From: Cirrosporium novae-zelandiae
Taxonomy: Eukaryota
Length of the DNA: 64,000 nucleotides
Direction: 5' to 3'
Assembly: GCA_026023565.1 (NCBI GenBank)
Contig: JAPETS010000002.1
Location: 434,001 to 498,000, forward strand
A program made the position numbers and the translations under genes. Below the pieces are notes generated by a model, which worked only from the letters and a program-made list of their open reading frames with translations, was not told the origin of the DNA and made no database searches. This document shows, piece after piece, positions 61,720 to 64,000 of the stretch. The number at the start of each line of letters is the position of its first letter. Within the stretch, counting starts at the first letter, position 1.

Positions 61720-64000
61720 TTATTTTACTTCCACGCCACCTTGAATCCTCAACCCCCCGACCCCCATCTTCCACGCCACGCTCTCAAGCTCCCTATCCAA
61801 ATCCCCCCCTTCATCCATCAACCTCGCCCTAACCCCTATGATAAACTTGGTTACAATTCTCATGTGTAATTCGCCCTGCAACTGTAGATCCCCATCCAGC
61901 TTCTCGTCATCGATGCCGCTCTCAACGAGGGCATCGCTCTCCATCTGCGTGATCGCCTCCAGGATCTTAGTGACCTGCTCTGTGGTTCTGGGGATGTTTG
62001 GGATGTTACGCATGCGACGGCCACCGCGGCGCTGGGACGGGGAGATACTGGCATTGTGCTCTGCGACGATGCGGGAGATTTGGAGGACCAGCATTCGTAG
62101 GGTTGCGGGGGAAGGATGGAAGGAGAAGAGGGCGTGGAGGGCGTGGATTGCGACGAGGGTCCCTGGAAGGTCCTTAGAGAGGCAGAAACAGCGGACGATT
62201 TGGTTGTAGAGTGCTGGTGTGAATTCCTGGCGGTAGGTTTCTTGGATGGGGGTTGGGAGGGTGGAGAACCAGTTTTCGGACATTTCGGCGAAGAGGCGGC
62301 GCGGAGCGGGGAAGCTGGAGGATTTGGCGGTTCCTGAGAGGCGCGCTTTTTGGCAGTCCCAGAGGCAGGCGAAGGTTTGGAGGTCCGGGCCGGCGCCCCC
62401 TGGGATGAGGCGGAGGGTGGTGGTGTAGTCGGTCCAGATCGGATCGATGCTGTGGGCGCGCAGGGAGTGGTAGAAGAGATGGTTTAGGAAGTACGAGTTT
62501 GGTTGGATTTGGGCGGCGGACATGGCGGTGCGGAGGCGGGGGATTGAGCTTTCTTCGAACGGGTGTCGCGTGTAGTAGAATAGGAGGATCGAGAAGGTTT
62601 CGATTGTTGCGGGCGGGGTGAGGCGTTGGAGGAAAAATGGGATGGGGGGGTTGTTGTTGTCGGTGGTGGTGTTTCCTCTTGTTTGGTCTTGTTTTTGTTC
62701 TTGATCGCCTTGTGGTTGCTGCTGCTGCTGCTGCTGTCGCTGCATGACGAGCTCCAGTCTTTTTTGAATCATTGCCCATCCCATTTCTTTGGCTTTCTTG
62801 ACTGATCCTCGTTGTCCTTTGCGTAACCAGGCTGCCATGATCCCATTCAGGTGTCTCGCATCCGGCTTGACGCCTCGTTCGTACATCAATTCAATCACCT
62901 GGGCGGCCGAATCAGCTTCCCCCATACCTATCAGCTTTTTCATCCAGCTGGCGTAAAAAAATTTATTTTGCAATCGCCGCGGAAGAATTGTCAGTGCGGT
63001 TAGCGAGACCTTGTTGACTTCGGCTTCGTCGAGACTGAGGGTTTGGATTTGGCTACTGAGGCCGAGTGCTCTTCTGTATAGAGCACTAGAGTCTTCAGAT
63101 GTTGCCTTTCCGGTGAGCATCATGTCTCTAAATACGGCGAGAGCGAGGTCTGTCCGTGCAGAGTGTAGAAACATGATACTAATTTTGTCGTAATCGTCCA
63201 TCGTCATGTCGTTGCCGAGAGCTTCTTTCACTTTCATGTACAAGGCCCAAGCATGCTGAAACTTGGAGGGTTCGCAAGACCTTGTCCATGCGCCAATAAT
63301 TGGTATGAGGATTCTGCGATCAATGTCCTTCTCGTACTTTAGAATCGAGATGGCCATTTCTTCGGCCTGCTGGGGTTCCTTTTGGGATGCCACCATCGTG
63401 ATACCAAACGACCAATATTCTGTAGAGGTATCCGGATGGGCCTTCAAACGACCCGTGGCTTTTTTCCATCGTTCGAATGCTGATTCTTGTTCCCCGCTTT
63501 TAAAAAGTACTTCAATATAGAGCAATTCCTGTACGGGACTTAGTTCTCTTCCTCCAGCAATCATATCCTCTGCAAGTGTCTTTAGACGTTGAATCCTTTC
63601 CAAGTCGTTCACTTGGGATTGGGTACTCCATAGCACATTCCAGGCTTCAGATGGCATTTCGCCCACCAGAGCGGGAAGGTTGAATTTGCAGCGAGAGTAC
63701 CATCGCCATACCTCCTTGCGGTGTATATCATTTGTTGGGTCTTCCGAAGCTCTTTTTAACCAAGTAACCAATTCTTTGAGATGGATTTGTTGGTCTAAGG
63801 GGACTTTCAGGATCGCATCAAACCCACTAGTATCGGGTAGTGTGAATGAATCCCCTCGTAGGCCTTCAATTTCATTTGAGGTCTCGATGGAATCGGCTTC
63901 ATGTTCAGGCTTGACGTTCCCAAATTCATCAAGAGGAAACTCATTTCCACTCTCCCTTCGATACTTCAATATAATTTCCCTAGCCTCTTTTTTCTGGTCT
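61720..64000 (-). CDS. Pentatricopeptide-repeat-like (probably mitochondrial) protein, 5' part outside window
   Basis: At least 749 aa ORF with PPR-like helices (ALAVFRDM, LMYERGVKPDARHLNGIMAAW, PTIETF-like PATIETFSILL, IQPNSYFLN). Confidence 0.75.
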   Translation of the reverse strand, partial: DQKKEAREIILKYRRESGNEFPLDEFGNVKPEHEADSIETSNEIEGLRGDSFTLPDTSGFDAILKVPLDQQIHLKELVTWLKRASEDPTNDIHRKEVWRWYSRCKFNLPALVGEMPSEAWNVLWSTQSQVNDLERIQRLKTLAEDMIAGGRELSPVQELLYIEVLFKSGEQESAFERWKKATGRLKAHPDTSTEYWSFGITMVASQKEPQQAEEMAISILKYEKDIDRRILIPIIGAWTRSCEPSKFQHAWALYMKVKEALGNDMTMDDYDKISIMFLHSARTDLALAVFRDMMLTGKATSEDSSALYRRALGLSSQIQTLSLDEAEVNKVSLTALTILPRRLQNKFFYASWMKKLIGMGEADSAAQVIELMYERGVKPDARHLNGIMAAWLRKGQRGSVKKAKEMGWAMIQKRLELVMQRQQQQQQQPQGDQEQKQDQTRGNTTTDNNNPPIPFFLQRLTPPATIETFSILLFYYTRHPFEESSIPRLRTAMSAAQIQPNSYFLNHLFYHSLRAHSIDPIWTDYTTTLRLIPGGAGPDLQTFACLWDCQKARLSGTAKSSSFPAPRRLFAEMSENWFSTLPTPIQETYRQEFTPALYNQIVRCFCLSKDLPGTLVAIHALHALFSFHPSPATLRMLVLQISRIVAEHNASISPSQRRGGRRMRNIPNIPRTTEQVTKILEAITQMESDALVESGIDDEKLDGDLQLQGELHMRIVTKFIIGVRARLMDEGGDLDRELESVAWKMGVGGLRIQGGVEVK

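Noticed and set aside
1..64000. Secondary-metabolite cluster, tRNA/rRNA genes or intact transposon
   Set aside because: No PKS/NRPS/terpene backbone, no tRNA arm pattern outside CDS, and no transposase or RT motifs seen by eye.

Overview
Gene-dense eukaryotic DNA from a filamentous ascomycete (Pezizomycotina-type genes; short GT-AG introns with CTRAY branch points). About 23 mostly conserved genes were recognised by reading translations and splice signals. In order: threonine aldolase 3' end, DUF4149 membrane protein, ABC1/ADCK kinase, TVP23, CFT1, CCCH-SMR protein, SNX4, DIP2/UTP12, ARC35, EMC6, a hypothetical protein, vezatin, PCNA, pyridoxal kinase, dUTPase, citrate-lyase-beta-like protein, hotdog thioesterase, AcrB, CPA2, APH-family phosphotransferase, G-patch protein, a coiled-coil hypothetical and a PPR-like protein. 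One accessory-looking locus is an ankyrin plus CorA-like membrane-domain gene broken by three in-frame TAA stops and a GT>AT donor loss, which looks RIP-like. The most unusual signals are: a thioesterase whose D-x-x-G-H-V-N-N motif appears to need a 9-nt exon plus a 1-nt exon; a 410-nt, highly self-complementary, almost stop-free intron in CFT1; the NLR-type ANK-CorA pseudogene; and a repeated C-rich-then-G-rich switch at gene 3' ends. No rRNA, tRNA, CRISPR array or intact transposase was seen. All product calls come from recalled family motifs, not database searches.
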